A DNA stretch of 63,891 nucleotides, the filler included, from Asterionella formosa (taxonomy: Eukaryota), in NCBI GenBank assembly GCA_002256025.1. It is 5 parts of 5 records of this genome, joined end to end, with 100 filler letters (N's around TTAATTAATTAA, not from the genome) between each part and the next. Parts side by side here need not be neighbours in the genome. Positions count along the whole stretch, not along the records: positions 1 to 12,974 come from NKIB01007045.1; 4 more parts are not named here. One strand, 5' to 3'. Within the stretch, counting starts at the first letter, position 1, and each line of letters starts with the position of its first letter. Under the pieces are notes generated by a model. It worked only from the letters and a program-made list of their open reading frames with translations, did not search any database and had not been told where the DNA came from. This document shows positions 1-13,074 of the stretch, piece by piece. Position numbers and translations under genes: made by a program.

Positions 1-2169
1 AACCATTGTACATCAAGTAGACATATACTATAATATTAGTAGCTGAAAACAACAATTGGTTTATAATTCGTGATTGATCTGTTTACAATAGGCGTATCAT
101 CATTGTCATGATGTTGCCACTACTACCGGTACCAAACCGGCAAACATCATGTTCCAAGAACATACCGGCACATGCTTGTAGAATGTAGAGCTACAAAAAA
201 CCATATTGTATACTGACATAAATTGAATTGTACCAGGGTGTGGTATTCCAGTACCAGTATGAATCGGTAGTTGATACCGGTATGTTACAGGGATGCATGA
301 TGTATGTACTACGTCGTACTCATATGTATAATGCATACCGATATTTACCACAGCTGTTTGCACTTCTGTACATTCATACTGGGAGATAAATGCATATAAA
401 ATAGGAGATTTCTGGAACAAGGAATCTTGAAACTCAAAATTGTGATTTGGGGGAAAAACCCCAATCGAAAACCCCCCAATCGTCAAAGTTTGGAAACTGG
501 TTTTTTCAGAAAAATTTTCTTCAAAATTAGATTCTGATAATAATGAAATTGATTGGCCAGCGCGAAACCGTTAGAAATTTCTAAATTTCTAAGTAATATT
601 ACCGGGGAGTCGAATATGCATGAGTGCTTGATGGCGCCGCATTCCATTTTTGGCAAAATGACCACAACTTGCAGGTACAATGATCATACATACTTGAACC
701 AGTACTGGTAATACTCCTCTGGGAGTTCACGGAAACTCCAAATTACGAAAGTCACGTACAAAAACTGTATTTTTAATCTCAAATCAACCTCGCATCACGT
801 TTTCCAACAGGACCGCAAAAGAATGCGAAGTTCGCAAAGCAAAGAGCGCAAAAGAAAGGAGCAAAACGTCACATATCCGGGCTTTCCCTTTCTTTTTCGA
901 ACTTGCAAACTTCGCGTTCTTTTAAGGTCATTTTGTTCGATCTCCCACAGTGTGTTACATATTTGCCATTATCCATAGTTTCAACATTGCACCATTGAAT
1001 TTTCCGGGTTACTATCCCCACTCTCTTCAATTTTCTAGTACTAAGCCTACGTCTGCAGTCTGTAGCGCTGCTGCTGACACCCTCCTCATTCACCATGTCC
1101 TCTTTGAACACTGCCTCTCCCTTCGCTCACTCCTCCTCCACTTTTATTCACGCTCAACTTGCTCTGTTAGCCCTGCCGGTCACTCCACAGCAAAAATCAT
1201 TCAAATCCGCCCACTCTATCCTGAGAAAAGCAATTTCGCCTGGTTTGCACACTTCTCACAGCGATTTCTTCACGCAAATGCTTATTCTTCTACCCATGAC
1301 ACCTTCCTGTCTCTCTCTACCACTTCCAACTCTCTCATATTCACCTGGAAGACCCTCAGTAGACCCTCCGGAAATCCCAAGGAACTGCTTTCCATCACAG
1401 CTGTCACCCACACTCTTTGCCATCGCTCAGCAGGCACCAAAGGCAGCAGCCAGGAATAACACTTTTTCCTCTGATCTTGCTACTTCATTGGCAATCTCGA
1501 CTCCTAATATACCATCAGATCCATCAGATCCATCAAGTACTTCAATTTACTTATTGTCTAAGTCTGTCCCCACTCCAATTTCAGCTGATTACACCCCAGA
1601 ACAAGTCAATGCCAGCACTATCAAGACCGGCCTCTCTCTTGTCAAGCAAATATATACTTCCATCCCTGCATTTCTTTTATCCTTTTTATTACCCCCCAAA
1701 GAAACATACTGCCTTGCACAAGCTTCAAGAATTCCTTTCGCTTTCAATCCATTTTGACTGCTGCATTTTATTTATCTGAATTTTGATACCTTCTTATCAA
1801 TTTACCATCCACAGCTCCCATGCTATTCTTCTATCTCTGACACCACGCATAAAATATCTACTCAAGTTTTCTCAAACCCTGCTTCAAAGCTAATTATCAG
1901 CTTCTGTTGTCCATTCTATCACCTTCTTGCTAGTATACTTATTTTATCCCTCACTCATTGCCAGATACTATCTCACTTATGTCCACTGTACTACTCTAAG
2001 AGTCACTTGGGCTCCTTGCCTGACTCACCCTATTTACACTCTTAAAAAAATATCTCCTCAGTCCTCTAAGAGCCGCATGGGATCCTTGCCTGGGATCCCG
2101 GAAGGGATGACTGGGTGGGGTTTTTCCTGCAGGACATTGGGGATATCCTGGCCAGGGATTAAGGAGTAG

Positions 2170-4030
2170 TTGCCACCAGCAGCATTTGACAAGAGAGATT
2201 GTGCATGATGGGTTGTGCTTGAAGGTGGAGGTAACAGAGCATTTCGTCAGAACGCCATCAGCCGACCAGTAGAATACAGTCCATATCAACATGGGCAAAG
2301 AGGAGGGCCTATAAGGAGCGCTCACTCACATCAGAGGGGAGAAAACCCAAGGAGCGGCCAAGGATGGTAGTGGATGCGTGGAGGGCGACCGTGATGTGAG
2401 AAGACAACATCATATGTGGAGCAGGCATGGGTGGTGACGCAATTCAGTGGGCTACTAGTGGGGGCAGCATGGTGAAGGCGGAGATGGGTAAGCCGACAAC
2501 ATATAGCCAAGGCAGGGCAGGCAAAGGGGTGGCCAATGACTTCACCACAAACCTGGAGATCCTGGAGAGGACACTGAAGAAGAAAGGCTAATCGGTGGTG
2601 GCCAATCCAGAGCTGAATCTCTTGCAGACGAAACAGCTGGCATTGATTTAAATCCGGATGGGGGAGGCCAGCATATTCCCCTGGCTGCATGAGGAAAAAA
2701 TATGCAATGATGGCCATGTCAATGGTAGCACATGGGGAACGCAGGCTACTGTGGTGGGCAATTGGTTTCACTCGGGTGGGTGGTGATTCTCATTTGGAGC
2801 ATTATTTTTGTTGTTGAAGGAGACGGAAATCTAACGAACCAAATTGGTTGACTCGAGGGTCCTTGGTACCCAAGCTGGCGTATGTCTTTGCAACCTGCTG
2901 ATTCTTGGCATCCTCAACTGTTTGAGCCCTGACCGGTCATTGAGAGGGGGCAAATGACGCCATAACGTTATCGGAAGGCAAAAATTTGTAAGATGGGAAT
3001 ATTATCGGGAAGGTCTGAAAGGAGGGGTCAAGGTTGAGGGTTGCGCCGAAGGTTAGCCATGTTCAACAGGCCATGCGGGATTGATGGTGAAAGACCCCAG
3101 GAGCCACCGCCTCCTGCACAGCACGGACGAGGTCAAGGCGGAGCACATGTCGGAGGTGAAATGGTGCAGTTGCCGAGAGGAGGTCTGAGGAAAATTTGAA
3201 TAAAATGTGAGAGCAGGGCATCATTGGTGAGATGGAAAGCTTGGCGAAAGAATACAATTTTTCCATAAAAGTATCAGAAAATGCATGAACTGTCAGTCAG
3301 GGGAGTTTGTGATCATTTCTGTGATGCAAAGTTTTTATTCGCGTAAAGAACACGCAGTGCATTGTTGAATGGCTGAAAGTATGTCAATAGTAAACTGTCA
3401 AATGACCTTATCAAGATTCCATAGAACTATGGACCATGACAATTAGTGCTTACATGAAACTCACTTCAAAATTGACATAGAGGAATTTGTTGCGTCTTGA
3501 AATGTTGTACCCTCTCCGAGAATACTGTTGCTCAAGTTTTCTCACCTACTTCTACAAAACATGGAAAACCTTATCTAGTCAAAGTTATCAAGCTAATCAC
3601 CGCGGACTCAACACCATCTCGTTTTTGGTCATATCTTCAAAACTGATGCAACAAGTAGGCACAGGCTGGTGCGGTAGTTGTGGAAGACCCTTTGTGTTGC
3701 CATGCCACCGCAGCAATGTTGTCGCTTCCACTTCTGTTGGTGAGTTCAGCAGTGGAGTAGGTGGTGCCAAGTATGTCTTGGTGCTTAATTGTGGCCGCAA
3801 GTTCCACCAGGTCAGAGTTGGTTACTAAGTGCCCAACCCAAGGCATCGCAGGCCCCAACGAAAGTAGGATCGGTGGGAATGAGTTCTCTGAGGCGGGCAG
3901 GGTGAGCATGGAGGGTGTCAAAGATGTGCTAGAAATCCTGCAAAAATTCCTGAACTGGTGGCGTAAGTTTTACCCTACTGGCGGTGCCAGATTGGAGGGC
4001 ATGCTGGAGCAGGTTGAAACAGACAAGTCA
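2170..4030 (-). mobile_element. Degenerate tyrosine-recombinase (DIRS/Ngaro-type) retrotransposon: RNase H and YR fragments
   Basis: 3637-3921 encodes VTNSDL(V)ELAATIKHQDIL...SDNIAAVAWQHKGSSTTTAP.AYLL, an RNase H motif of YR retroelements. 2331-3050 encodes PVRAQTVEDA...YASLGTKDPRVNQFGSLDFRL...PPTRVKPI...AIIAYFFLMQPGEY...LFRLQEIQLWIG, a YR domain. Both are broken by stops and frameshifts. Confidence 0.8.
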
Positions 4031-4515
4031 AATGAATCTTGTTTGTGTCTCCAAATTAGCCCAGTGATGACCTCTTTGGGTCTAGTCATGAACATGAATC
4101 AATCTTTACTCATATTTGAATCAATCTTTGAGTCTTGTCATGAACATGAGTCGATTTACTCATATATGACTTAGTTTTGTTTGTTTGGTTTGCTAAAAGT
4201 TAATTCTATAAGCTCACTTAATTTGGAAATACCAATAGAGTCAGATCTATCCAATAACATTCTCCTAAAATCACCATGATCCTTCGATCCACTGCCCAGC
4301 ACCTATGTTGCTGAGTATATATATCGAGATATATATTCTATTTTTCAATAAGTCGAACTCCTTTCAGGTTAATCTATCATGACTTCTCTTTCAAGTGGTT
4401 ACAAGCCCAAAACGCTTATACCTGCGCATTCTTCAGTTAGTTTCTCCTGCTCCTTTGTTCCCAGAGCAATTTTCTAAAACCAGTTCATTTTCTTGTCCCA
4501 CCAGCGACAGTGTCA

Positions 4516-4760
4516 AAATTCTTTCAGCAAACTTCATTGCTTTTTCTTTCATTGCTTGTTACCCGGTATTTCCCCTTGAGACAATCGCCCGGTCCTTTTT
4601 TTCTTCTCTCTTTCTTCTTTCAGCAAACTTCATTGCATTTTCTTCATTTTTACCCATTATTGCCCCTTGAGAAATTGCCTAGTACTTATTTTTCTTCTCT
4701 CTTTCTTTTCTTGCTTTATTATCCAGTATTGCCCACTGAGACAATTGCCCAGTCCTTTTT
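4516..4760. repeat. Degenerate pyrimidine-rich tandem repeats
   Basis: TTTCAGCAAACTTCATTGC occurs twice, and CCCCTTGAGA(C)AAT-like units occur three times. Confidence 0.55.
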
Positions 4761-4970
4761 TACTTTTCTTCACTCTCTTCTTTTATTGCTGCTTTCTGAT
4801 CTTTCCCATGCACTCCCACTTCCTTTCAATGTCAGTATCCACTACTATTACTACTATTCTAAAACCTACTGAGAGCAAGCAAGTCTTGAAATATTACTAG
4901 AAATTATATGTAGCTAGTCATTCATGCCTAAAAATCTTCTTATATAATGCACTGCTATTTACAACAGTAA

Positions 4971-5062
4971 AAAATTTGTCTTTGTGTTGACCAAATTTGG
5001 TAAGCCTGGTAGGCACCTCACCATCAGGTTTACCAAATTTGGTCAACACAAAGACAAATTTT
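4971..5062. repeat. Near-perfect 40-bp inverted repeat (hairpin, 12-nt loop)
   Basis: Left arm 4971-5010 is AAAATTTGTCTTTGTGTTGACCAAATTTGGTAAGCCTGGT. Right arm 5023-5062 is its reverse complement with 2 mismatches. Confidence 0.95.
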
Positions 5063-7955
5063 GGGGTCATGGGTACAACAATTTGTGTTATAATACACAT
5101 GATATAATAATTTTTTAATATCAGAGTGCGCCCAATATTTTTAAATTTCGAAGCGCGCCCAGTCTCTTACTACTTCCCCGGACCCATAGAGTGCAGGATA
5201 ATGTTTCAAAGGTCATCTGGTATGATTTCAAATACATTGTAACCCAATATTTACTGCACAGAATTATATTTACAAAATCATAAAACAATTTTTTGTCATA
5301 CATATCCAACGATTCTGATATATTCACTATGACAGACAGGGGACGAGGACTGTTACAAAAAAGCGATCCAGAAAATTCTGAAATCATGCAATGCTTTCGT
5401 GAAGATGCGTTTGACGCCTCTCAGTTTCATGATCCCAGCCGTCCATTCAATTCAGAGAGTATCAGGACCTCGCAGGATGGATGGGCAGCCAAATTTTCTC
5501 TCGATGCTTTTCATAACAGCATGACCAAATTAGTTGACCAAATTCAGATTGATAACTGAACTGGTGGTGAGTCCTTTCTTGTTTTTTTTCATTTGCAATG
5601 ATATTATGAATACTTCTTCTAACTTGGTTGTCTTCCTAACATAACAGGGCAGCGCATCCGTACTTCACTTGAGCCAAATACCAATGTCATGAATTCACCT
5701 GCAGCTGGTGGCAGTGGCGAACAGGTGAAAAAGCGGTGAAACACCTGATCGCTAAACAAACATGGTCCAAGGTACTTCGAGCGAAAGCCCAGCTTTTAAA
5801 TACTGGAAAAAGCGTCAAAAGATGAAGCACGCAAACCAGGCCACTCACCCCGGATTACAAGCCATGCGAATCATTGCAGAAATAGCTGATCCTGATTGGG
5901 GATGTACCACAGAGCAGATTAGTATCAAGATTACGCTTGCAGAAACAGAGTTGAGATAGGCACTAAGAGATTCTTTGAACCTTCGAAAACAGAAAATTGA
6001 AAACAACATTGCAAATCTTCAATGACATAGATCAAGGGAACAATCTAAGCAAAAAACTGAAGATTCTTAATGCTATTCTCAATGCAAAAAACCAAGGAAA
6101 GTGTTCAAAGAATCAAACAGGTATGCAAACCTAGTTCAGCAGGAGGATTTATCTTTAACGTTATCATCCCAGTACAGGATACTTCTGTTAATACTTTGTC
6201 TTGGATGACAGAATTTGCTTTACTCAGATAAATTAGAGTCGGAAATACTGAAGCACTGTCATCAACAGGAAGGTGGCAGAGTCGCAATTCGGGCATGGCA
6301 CAATGCAGAAATGACTAGGATTTAATGTATTGTTACTGCTGAACAAAGTGCTGACCCTTTGAAGATGATATCTCCTAAGGGATTACAGATTACCCAAGAG
6401 AACCATTGCTATCAGCTGCATCAATGCTCTCAATTCTCCAGAAATGTGCCCAGTTGTGGCAAAACTTATTGTTTGCTTCAGTTGGAGCATTGGAGCTTAG
6501 CAAGTACTATTCTTATTACAAAGTCCAATGGTATTGGGATTCTCAAGGATACCCTAGGATGCAAGAATTTCGCACTCACTTGGACAATCTAGGGGTACAT
6601 GATTTTGGAGGCGGAACTTACCAATCGATGGGAATTTATTCAGGAACAGATCATATGAAGAGTCCAGTTAAAAATCAGCAGAGTATTCACGCATGAAAAA
6701 AGTGACCATTTTGCTACTCTTACTATGGCCCATTCTCAACAGCAAAGGAGGGATGTTAATTTGTCTCATTGTATGAGTTTGGACACCACAACAGACATAC
6801 TTGTTTCCTATCATCAGTCTAGAACAAATACAATTGAAGGATATACAAAAGTTCATCTGCAAATAGAAAACATCTTATTTGTGTGATGCACCTTGTGATG
6901 ACAATCATATGTTCATATAATTTCAATATATATTATGAAATATGTATAACAATTATTGTCATAAATTAAATAGAAAACTTTTTGGATTATGCTTATTGTA
7001 CAATTATATGTATAATATTCATTTTTGTTCCTGCGGTTAAGCTTCCTTGTAGAATGATGTACCAGCAAAAGTATTGGTTTATTTGTCATCATCATCACTA
7101 GCTCCGCTCTTCACTCCATCTTCAACACTCAAACAACGACAATGATTTGATTGATTGTATTGTTTCTCAAATCTTTATGATGTGATTGTTGTGTCATGAT
7201 CATGTTTCATTGTAATTTTTTATTGTAAATGCGTGGTGATGATGATTCCACCAAGAATTGATGTGACAACCGAATGGTGCCACTGACTGCACATAGCATA
7301 GACAGTTGATGATCCAACAATGAATCGACACCAACAACTTGAATGTTTGTCCAATAACATCCATCGTACACTGTCGCTCAAGCATTCATGATGTGATTGT
7401 TGTTCTGACATTATCATGCCTTTCCATGATGAATCCCTCAACAATTAGTCTCACAACCAAAGGCTGTCATGCAAATCAATTTTTGCCAGTTCTTATTTAG
7501 CCGACAATGGACACAACATTGAATAACGATACAACACCAACCAATTCTCATTATCATGCCAAACGGTCTTGATTCTAGCGAGTTTTTGCAAACCTACTGT
7601 GATAGTTCCCTCAAGAATTCACCTGACAACCAAAGGATGCCATGCATATCATATGATAACAATATAAGAAGTTGTTGATACTTCAAAATTTTGCTTAATT
7701 GATAACTTTTGGAACATATCCTAGTATGTAAAAGGTTAGATCTAATGGAAATTTAACTCACAGACTAACTTACACTTACTCCATATGTTAACACATACAG
7801 TCAGATGGTAGCAGGTTAAAAAAATTGCCTGTGAATACAATACTGATAATCATATTGCATGTATATAAATCTTCATACTTTAATATTTTGTGAATCAAGT
7901 TAGTCTGGAGTTGATTGTTTTGATTCGTAAATATTTCCTACACTTTTCTTGTTGA

Positions 7956-8066
7956 GGCTTTTCAACCCCAACAGCAAGAGTAAGTCTACACTTGTTCTGT
8001 GGCCTTTTCAACCCCAACAGCAAGAGTAAGTCTACACTTGTTCTGTGGCCATTTCAACCCCAGCAG
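7956..8066. repeat. About 46-bp tandem repeat (about 2.4 copies) overlapping the sulfotransferase stop codon
   Basis: TTTTCAACCCCAACAGCAAGAGTAAGTCTACACTTGTTCTGTGGCC is repeated. Confidence 0.9.
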
Positions 8067-10335
8067 GATGACTATGAGCTTCAGCTGTGGGAGCATCTGC
8101 TTGTTGCTGGGGCTTTCCTGTAACAGCAGAAGGAGCTTGAGATTGAGCAGTGAGCAGGGCATTTGTTTGTTGCTGTGAGTTTTCAACACCAGCATGAAGC
8201 GTTTTGGTAGTATCTGTTTGCTGGTGGGGCTCTCTAATCTCATCAGAAAGGTCCTGGGCTTGACCTGTGGGACCACCTTTTTCTGGCATATCTTGATGTT
8301 CTTGCTGCCATTGCACATTCCTGTGTTGGTTGATAGCAGCTGAAGCTGGTTCATGAATTATCAACATATTCATGAATTCACCAGCAAGAGGAGTTTGCAA
8401 ATCACGTGGAGAGTTTGTTTCCATTCCATTGGATTGAGGAGGAGGAACTGTGGAGGTCGCCTCTGACCGGGGATTTGTCGCATTCCAAGCTTCTTTGGCT
8501 ATAGGTAAATGCTGATGCTTTGTCGGCAGTTGTGCACTACTGGCCAACGACCCTTGATTCTGATTTACGGTGAGCGATGAAGTGTCACTATGAGGTTCAT
8601 TTGATAAGTTGGTGATTTCCACTTTCGGGAGGTTGTGTGCAAATGGAAACGAGGGTAAAGAACCTTGAGAGCTACTAATTGTGCTGGTCTTTGATTCTTC
8701 ATCTCGGGGTAAGTCAAACCCATAGGCAGCGCCCGTGTTAGACTCCATTCCTCTAAGTGTAGTCCAATTTACTAGGTCCGCATTATTTTCCTGCCTGCTC
8801 ACTGACTCCCTATCAGAGAAGTCTCCCTGGGCATTAATATTGTCTGTTGCGCTACCAGCCTCATCACCAGGTGCGGCATACTTGTTGTTTGCTGCTTGTT
8901 CCCCATTGACCTTCTCACCAAGTGTCAGTAACGCCGCAGTCAAGGCTGTTGATGTGCTCGCTTCTTTGACCAAGTCTTTGGTTAAATGTGTTTCTGCCAA
9001 CTTTTCGACAAACTGTAACGGCAGAGCATCAAAATTCTTGGCTGGAATTTTCTTTTTGGTGCGTTTCGCCTTTGTCCTATTGCCGGGAACAAAGAGTGAA
9101 TTGACTCTATCCATATCAAATGGACTTCCCTTACGATTCAAGACACTCCACTGCTCCACGAAAAGTTCCTTAGCATACTCATAAAGTTCAATGTCCAGGT
9201 TGTTGATTTGCCGCAAGGCGTCATATTCTGCAGAATCCTTCTCAATCAACTGATGATTGTTTTTGTTGTGCCCGCCTTTCTTGTCCGTTGCTGCTAACAG
9301 GCACTCTTGTGCGTCATCCATGTCGGCCTCGTCAAGTTCCCATCCTAGATAATGCATAAGTCTTTGCGTAGATACTGTCATTTCTTCAGTCAGCAAGATC
9401 AAGAACTTACGGCGCAGTAATTCTTTTGCAAAAGCTAAATCATCCCTTGTTAAGTGGGGTTCAGCATTTTTTCCAGTCAACCAACGCGTCATCCAGTTGT
9501 TCGACGTATCCGGCATGGCTGCATAATCTAATAAAGTCATTTCCTTGTATTCGGGTCGGTAATGACGCTCCCAGTACGCGTTTTGTAAATAATAGAACGT
9601 ACTGATTGCTCGTTCAATAGGATCACGCAGCAAGGTAAAGAGGCGGCCCTTGTGCTCAGCGTCAAAGAGTGTTACCGCATGCAGGACACGAGAACTCACT
9701 ACAACGTCAGCTATTCCTGATGTTACCAGTCCCATCTTTTCGCTACGTTGAATTCCAAGATGATCAGAAGGATCTGCATTAACAAATGTCCCCAATTTGG
9801 TATGGCAAATGGATAATTCATCCGAATTCATGTCACAATAATCGGCAGCTGCTCTTGAAGCTTGGACTCGTTTGAGACAAGTTCCAATTATGTGTTTCAA
9901 TGTGGTTCCTCCACAGCGAGGAACTTGCCAATAGAATCCCATGGTTTTCTCTTGCGTCAAAACATCACTCACGTCCAAGAAATTATTGAACGGGTATTGA
10001 TTTACATGTTCGGTAGTTAATGTCAGTAATGATCTATGAAATTGAATATCATTCCACTGCTCAGTTGAACCAACCAACATTGCTGTTGTCGCTAGCATGA
10101 TCAATAAAGGCAGCAGAAGATACGTCGCTGTTTTGGTGCTGTCTTTTGCAACCTTATTCCCTGCAAACTCTTCGGGGATTGAATCCATCGACAGGCCGCG
10201 CGTGTGCACAAATCGATTGCGCCGTCGTCTTTCTTGTGTTTTCCCTCGAGAAATAGACGGTGTTGGGCTTGTTTCGGAAGAGGGTGAAGGGGAGAAATCA
10301 TCTCCTTCTTGGGGGTGCGAACGGTGTTTCATCAT
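8032..10335 (-). CDS. Type II membrane sulfotransferase-family protein with a long low-complexity C-terminus
   Basis: 767-aa ORF with an N-terminal TM helix, a 5'-PSB-like motif (FYWQVPRCGGTT), a 3'-PB-like motif (LLRDPIERAISTFYYL) and NNLDIELYEYAKELF. Confidence 0.85.
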   Translation of the reverse strand: MMKHRSHPQEGDDFSPSPSSETSPTPSISRGKTQERRRRNRFVHTRGLSMDSIPEEFAGNKVAKDSTKTATYLLLPLLIMLATTAMLVGSTEQWNDIQFHRSLLTLTTEHVNQYPFNNFLDVSDVLTQEKTMGFYWQVPRCGGTTLKHIIGTCLKRVQASRAAADYCDMNSDELSICHTKLGTFVNADPSDHLGIQRSEKMGLVTSGIADVVVSSRVLHAVTLFDAEHKGRLFTLLRDPIERAISTFYYLQNAYWERHYRPEYKEMTLLDYAAMPDTSNNWMTRWLTGKNAEPHLTRDDLAFAKELLRRKFLILLTEEMTVSTQRLMHYLGWELDEADMDDAQECLLAATDKKGGHNKNNHQLIEKDSAEYDALRQINNLDIELYEYAKELFVEQWSVLNRKGSPFDMDRVNSLFVPGNRTKAKRTKKKIPAKNFDALPLQFVEKLAETHLTKDLVKEASTSTALTAALLTLGEKVNGEQAANNKYAAPGDEAGSATDNINAQGDFSDRESVSRQENNADLVNWTTLRGMESNTGAAYGFDLPRDEESKTSTISSSQGSLPSFPFAHNLPKVEITNLSNEPHSDTSSLTVNQNQGSLASSAQLPTKHQHLPIAKEAWNATNPRSEATSTVPPPQSNGMETNSPRDLQTPLAGEFMNMLIIHEPASAAINQHRNVQWQQEHQDMPEKGGPTGQAQDLSDEIREPHQQTDTTKTLHAGVENSQQQTNALLTAQSQAPSAVTGKPQQQADAPTAEAHSHPAGVEMATEQV

Positions 10336-12077
10336 CGTGGTCGTCGTTTAGATTATTCTGCGTCTCGTCGGACGATTTGGCCGGTATCATCATTAGTCAT
10401 CAATAACATTTTTCTACTGCGTCATACATAAAAGTATACAAAGATTATACCGGCACAAGTATCCGATGTCAATTGGGTCATCAACAGTCATTTCTTGCAC
10501 TCGCTACATCGTAAGTATGTGATACTTACCCCTAGCTCGAGGTAGGGTTAAAAAAATAAAATAGAGTCACACTAATCAAAGACGTACTTTTCAAGTATAA
10601 CGCTTAACGGAGCTTTCACCATTAGACACCCTTTCCATGAGTGTTGGCCCATGCGATATCCACGACCTGGTACCAGGTACCGTTAGCTGATCATTATTGG
10701 TCATAGTACCAGGTACCAGGTGCCAGTAGATAGTGTACGAGTAACTGGTACCAGTACATCGCTCCTACATAGAATGCACTTTCAAATATTTGCCGAGACG
10801 CCGAGTTGTACAAATGACACTTTTTGTTCATCTGAGCATACTACCAGTAGCGTACCGGTAGATATATGCACATGCAGCGATGTAGAATCTATGCATGTAT
10901 ATTTAGTGCTTATGAGAAGGAATCTATGTACGCACGCGCAAATTTCCACTGATTTAAATATTTCAAACGGAATCATCGCATAAAAGTTCTTAGTTCCAGG
11001 GAATTTTGGCAACCCTAAGCAATATTTTAATAAGGTGTTACCAGGTACCAGGTTCCTGTAAGTAATAAAAGATTACCTGCTATACCCGTAAGGGTAGCAG
11101 GTACTTCATCAAGTCTGTACGTAATGTGTGGATTGACGCAATCTACACATGGCGAGGTCTGTATTTTCCCAAAATATTTTTAGGAAAAAGATATTCGTCC
11201 CCTCTTTTGATAAACTATTAAACCCTAGCATACCGGTAAATACTAGCCTTCATATAAACCACCAATCATTGCAATAAATGTGTACTGGAGTGTCTAAACT
11301 AGCTATCCCTAATCATCAACTGTTACCATAACTGCCAAATTGTTAATCCCAAACTTCATGCCACGAAGGCCTGTCAAATCACTCCAAAACACTTTTTTCT
11401 AGGACTTGACTCTTTAAAATTATAATTTGAATCATATGTTTGATTTACAATAATGGCAATTCTATACAGCTTACAAGGGTATCCTGCTTATGAATAGCAC
11501 AATAACTGTGATTGCCCCCGCCTGGATTTCAGGAATATTGCATTGAGCAGAATCAGCAATTCTTTGTTCAGGACTTTAACAGAGCAGATACAACTTCTTA
11601 AGCTTTGTAAGCCAATCAACCTTGTCACACATTTCTGTAAAATTTTCCAACATATTGTGGTATTTTGACATAGGTACCTGAACACCACACACTGATTGAC
11701 CAGACTTAAAGATCATGTCGATTTCAGGAAAATTGAAAAGTCTTGGTTTACAAAGCTGCATTTTACTTTTGGTAACTCATTTGAGAGAAAGGTTGCAATG
11801 AGATTGTATTGTCCAAAGACAAACCCCCCTCCAAAGTAACATTAACATCGAGTGAAAAGCGATTCATCACAATGAGCTCAAAATCCGACCATGACCACAT
11901 GCATCATTTCTCAATGTCCTTCCAAAAGATTATTTAACATTATAGAAAGTTATTTAAGAGAGTTTGGAATGGAAAGCCAGCCTATCTCATCTGGTAGGTA
12001 TGGGATGAGTCATTGGGAGTGAGTCGAAACTGAAAAAGTGCGCATAAAACGTGCGCTATCAGCCTTCCAGGAGTAGT

Positions 12078-12430
12078 TGGTATCAGGTACCAGGTACCTG
12101 GTACCAGGTACCGCCTCGGAGCCGAGCATGGGACCAGGTACCTGGTACCTGGTACCAGGGAAGCATCAGGTACCTGGTACCTGGTACCTGGTAACAGCTA
12201 CCTGGTGCCAGCTACTAAAATGCAATGAACGACAAGAAAGCCAGCTACTTGCCTTTTCGTGTACATGTGTACCCGGCTGGGATGGCACTCGTAGGGTGAC
12301 CTTCTCGCAACGCCGGGGGCGCCACTCGTTCGGTCAACTTTTCGTGCCACACCCCCCAAGACATTTTGCTACTGCCAGGATGATGATGGATGATGTTCTC
12401 TACTGGTACCTGGCACCTGGTACCAGGTAT
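12078..12430. repeat. Densest cluster of the dispersed (TACCWGG)n / TACCGGTA self-complementary heptamer repeat
   Basis: Examples are GGTACCAGGTACCTGGTACCAGGTACC and GGTACCTGGTACCTGGTACCTGGTA. Similar clusters recur in many intergenic regions. Confidence 0.9.
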
Positions 12431-12553
12431 GTCAAGAATATTAGCCCGAGTCACAAGGATTGTGGACTCGATTGTAATCGAACGAGTCGAATATTGCATT
12501 GCCACGTCAATCAGCTGTCTAATGAGATCAAAGATTGAAGATTTCTATGGAAA

Positions 12554-12974
12554 TGTTAAGTGGAAACTCGAAGAGAGTCTTAGAATGACTTTGCAGGAAG
12601 CAAAGATGCATGGAAAGGAAACATTTAGTTTAGCTTATAATTTAATTTGAGTTTTAGATTATCAACCGAGGAAACAGTGTGTTAATTGACAGGAAGGTCA
12701 ATTAGTCTATCTAGCAGGAAGGCTAGAAGCAGAGACAAGAGAGAAAGTAAGTAGTACTAGGTAGTACTACGATCACGTAAGAGTCTACGTGAAGAGAGAC
12801 CCAGCCCGCGGGAAGGAGTACGGACCATTTCAACACGCTTTAAAGCGGATAGGTTTGAAAGGGTACTCAAGATGGGAATTGACGACGAATCGTCAGGAGT
12901 GCGGTTGCCAACATTTGATGGTACCGATGCCAAGTGGCATGTTTGGAAAGCGAAGTTTGTGGCCTATGCCTGCT
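12554..12974 (+). mobile_element. 5' end of a Ty1/Copia LTR retrotransposon (putative LTR plus gag start), truncated at the contig end
   Basis: Putative LTR runs TGTTAAGTGG(12554) to CCATTTCAACA(12835). ATG at 12872 gives MGIDDESSGVRLPTFDGTDAKWHVWKAKFVAYAC, a Copia gag N-terminus (FDG...W..W..KF). Confidence 0.75.
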
Positions 12975-13074
12975 NNNNNNNNNNNNNNNNNNNNNNNNNN
13001 NNNNNNNNNNNNNNNNNNTTAATTAATTAANNNNNNNNNNNNNNNNNNNNNNNNNNNNNNNNNNNNNNNNNNNN
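12975..13074. other. Artificial contig linker
   Basis: N44-TTAATTAATTAA-N44, with stops in all six frames. Confidence 0.98.

Noticed and set aside
950..1779. Overlapping Ser/Pro-rich ORFs
   Set aside because: No recognisable motif; C/T-rich low-complexity sequence next to a decayed retroelement, so a product call is unsupported.
5293..6700. Fragmented coding-like region
   Set aside because: Probably a decayed gene or TE, but there is no motif I can assign.
11074..11103. Stable hairpin TACCTGC-TA-TACCC-GTAA-GGGTA-GCAGGTA as a Helitron end or terminator
   Set aside because: No CTRR terminus at the expected spacing, and intrinsic terminators are not expected in nuclear DNA.
12077..12538. ORFs rich in YQVPGTWYLVPG
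   Set aside because: These are translations of the TACCWGG heptamer repeat, which lacks stops; not protein-coding.
12975..13074. Recurrent TTAATTAATTAA flanked by Ns (four times)
   Set aside because: Artificial six-frame-stop linker joining contigs; not biological.
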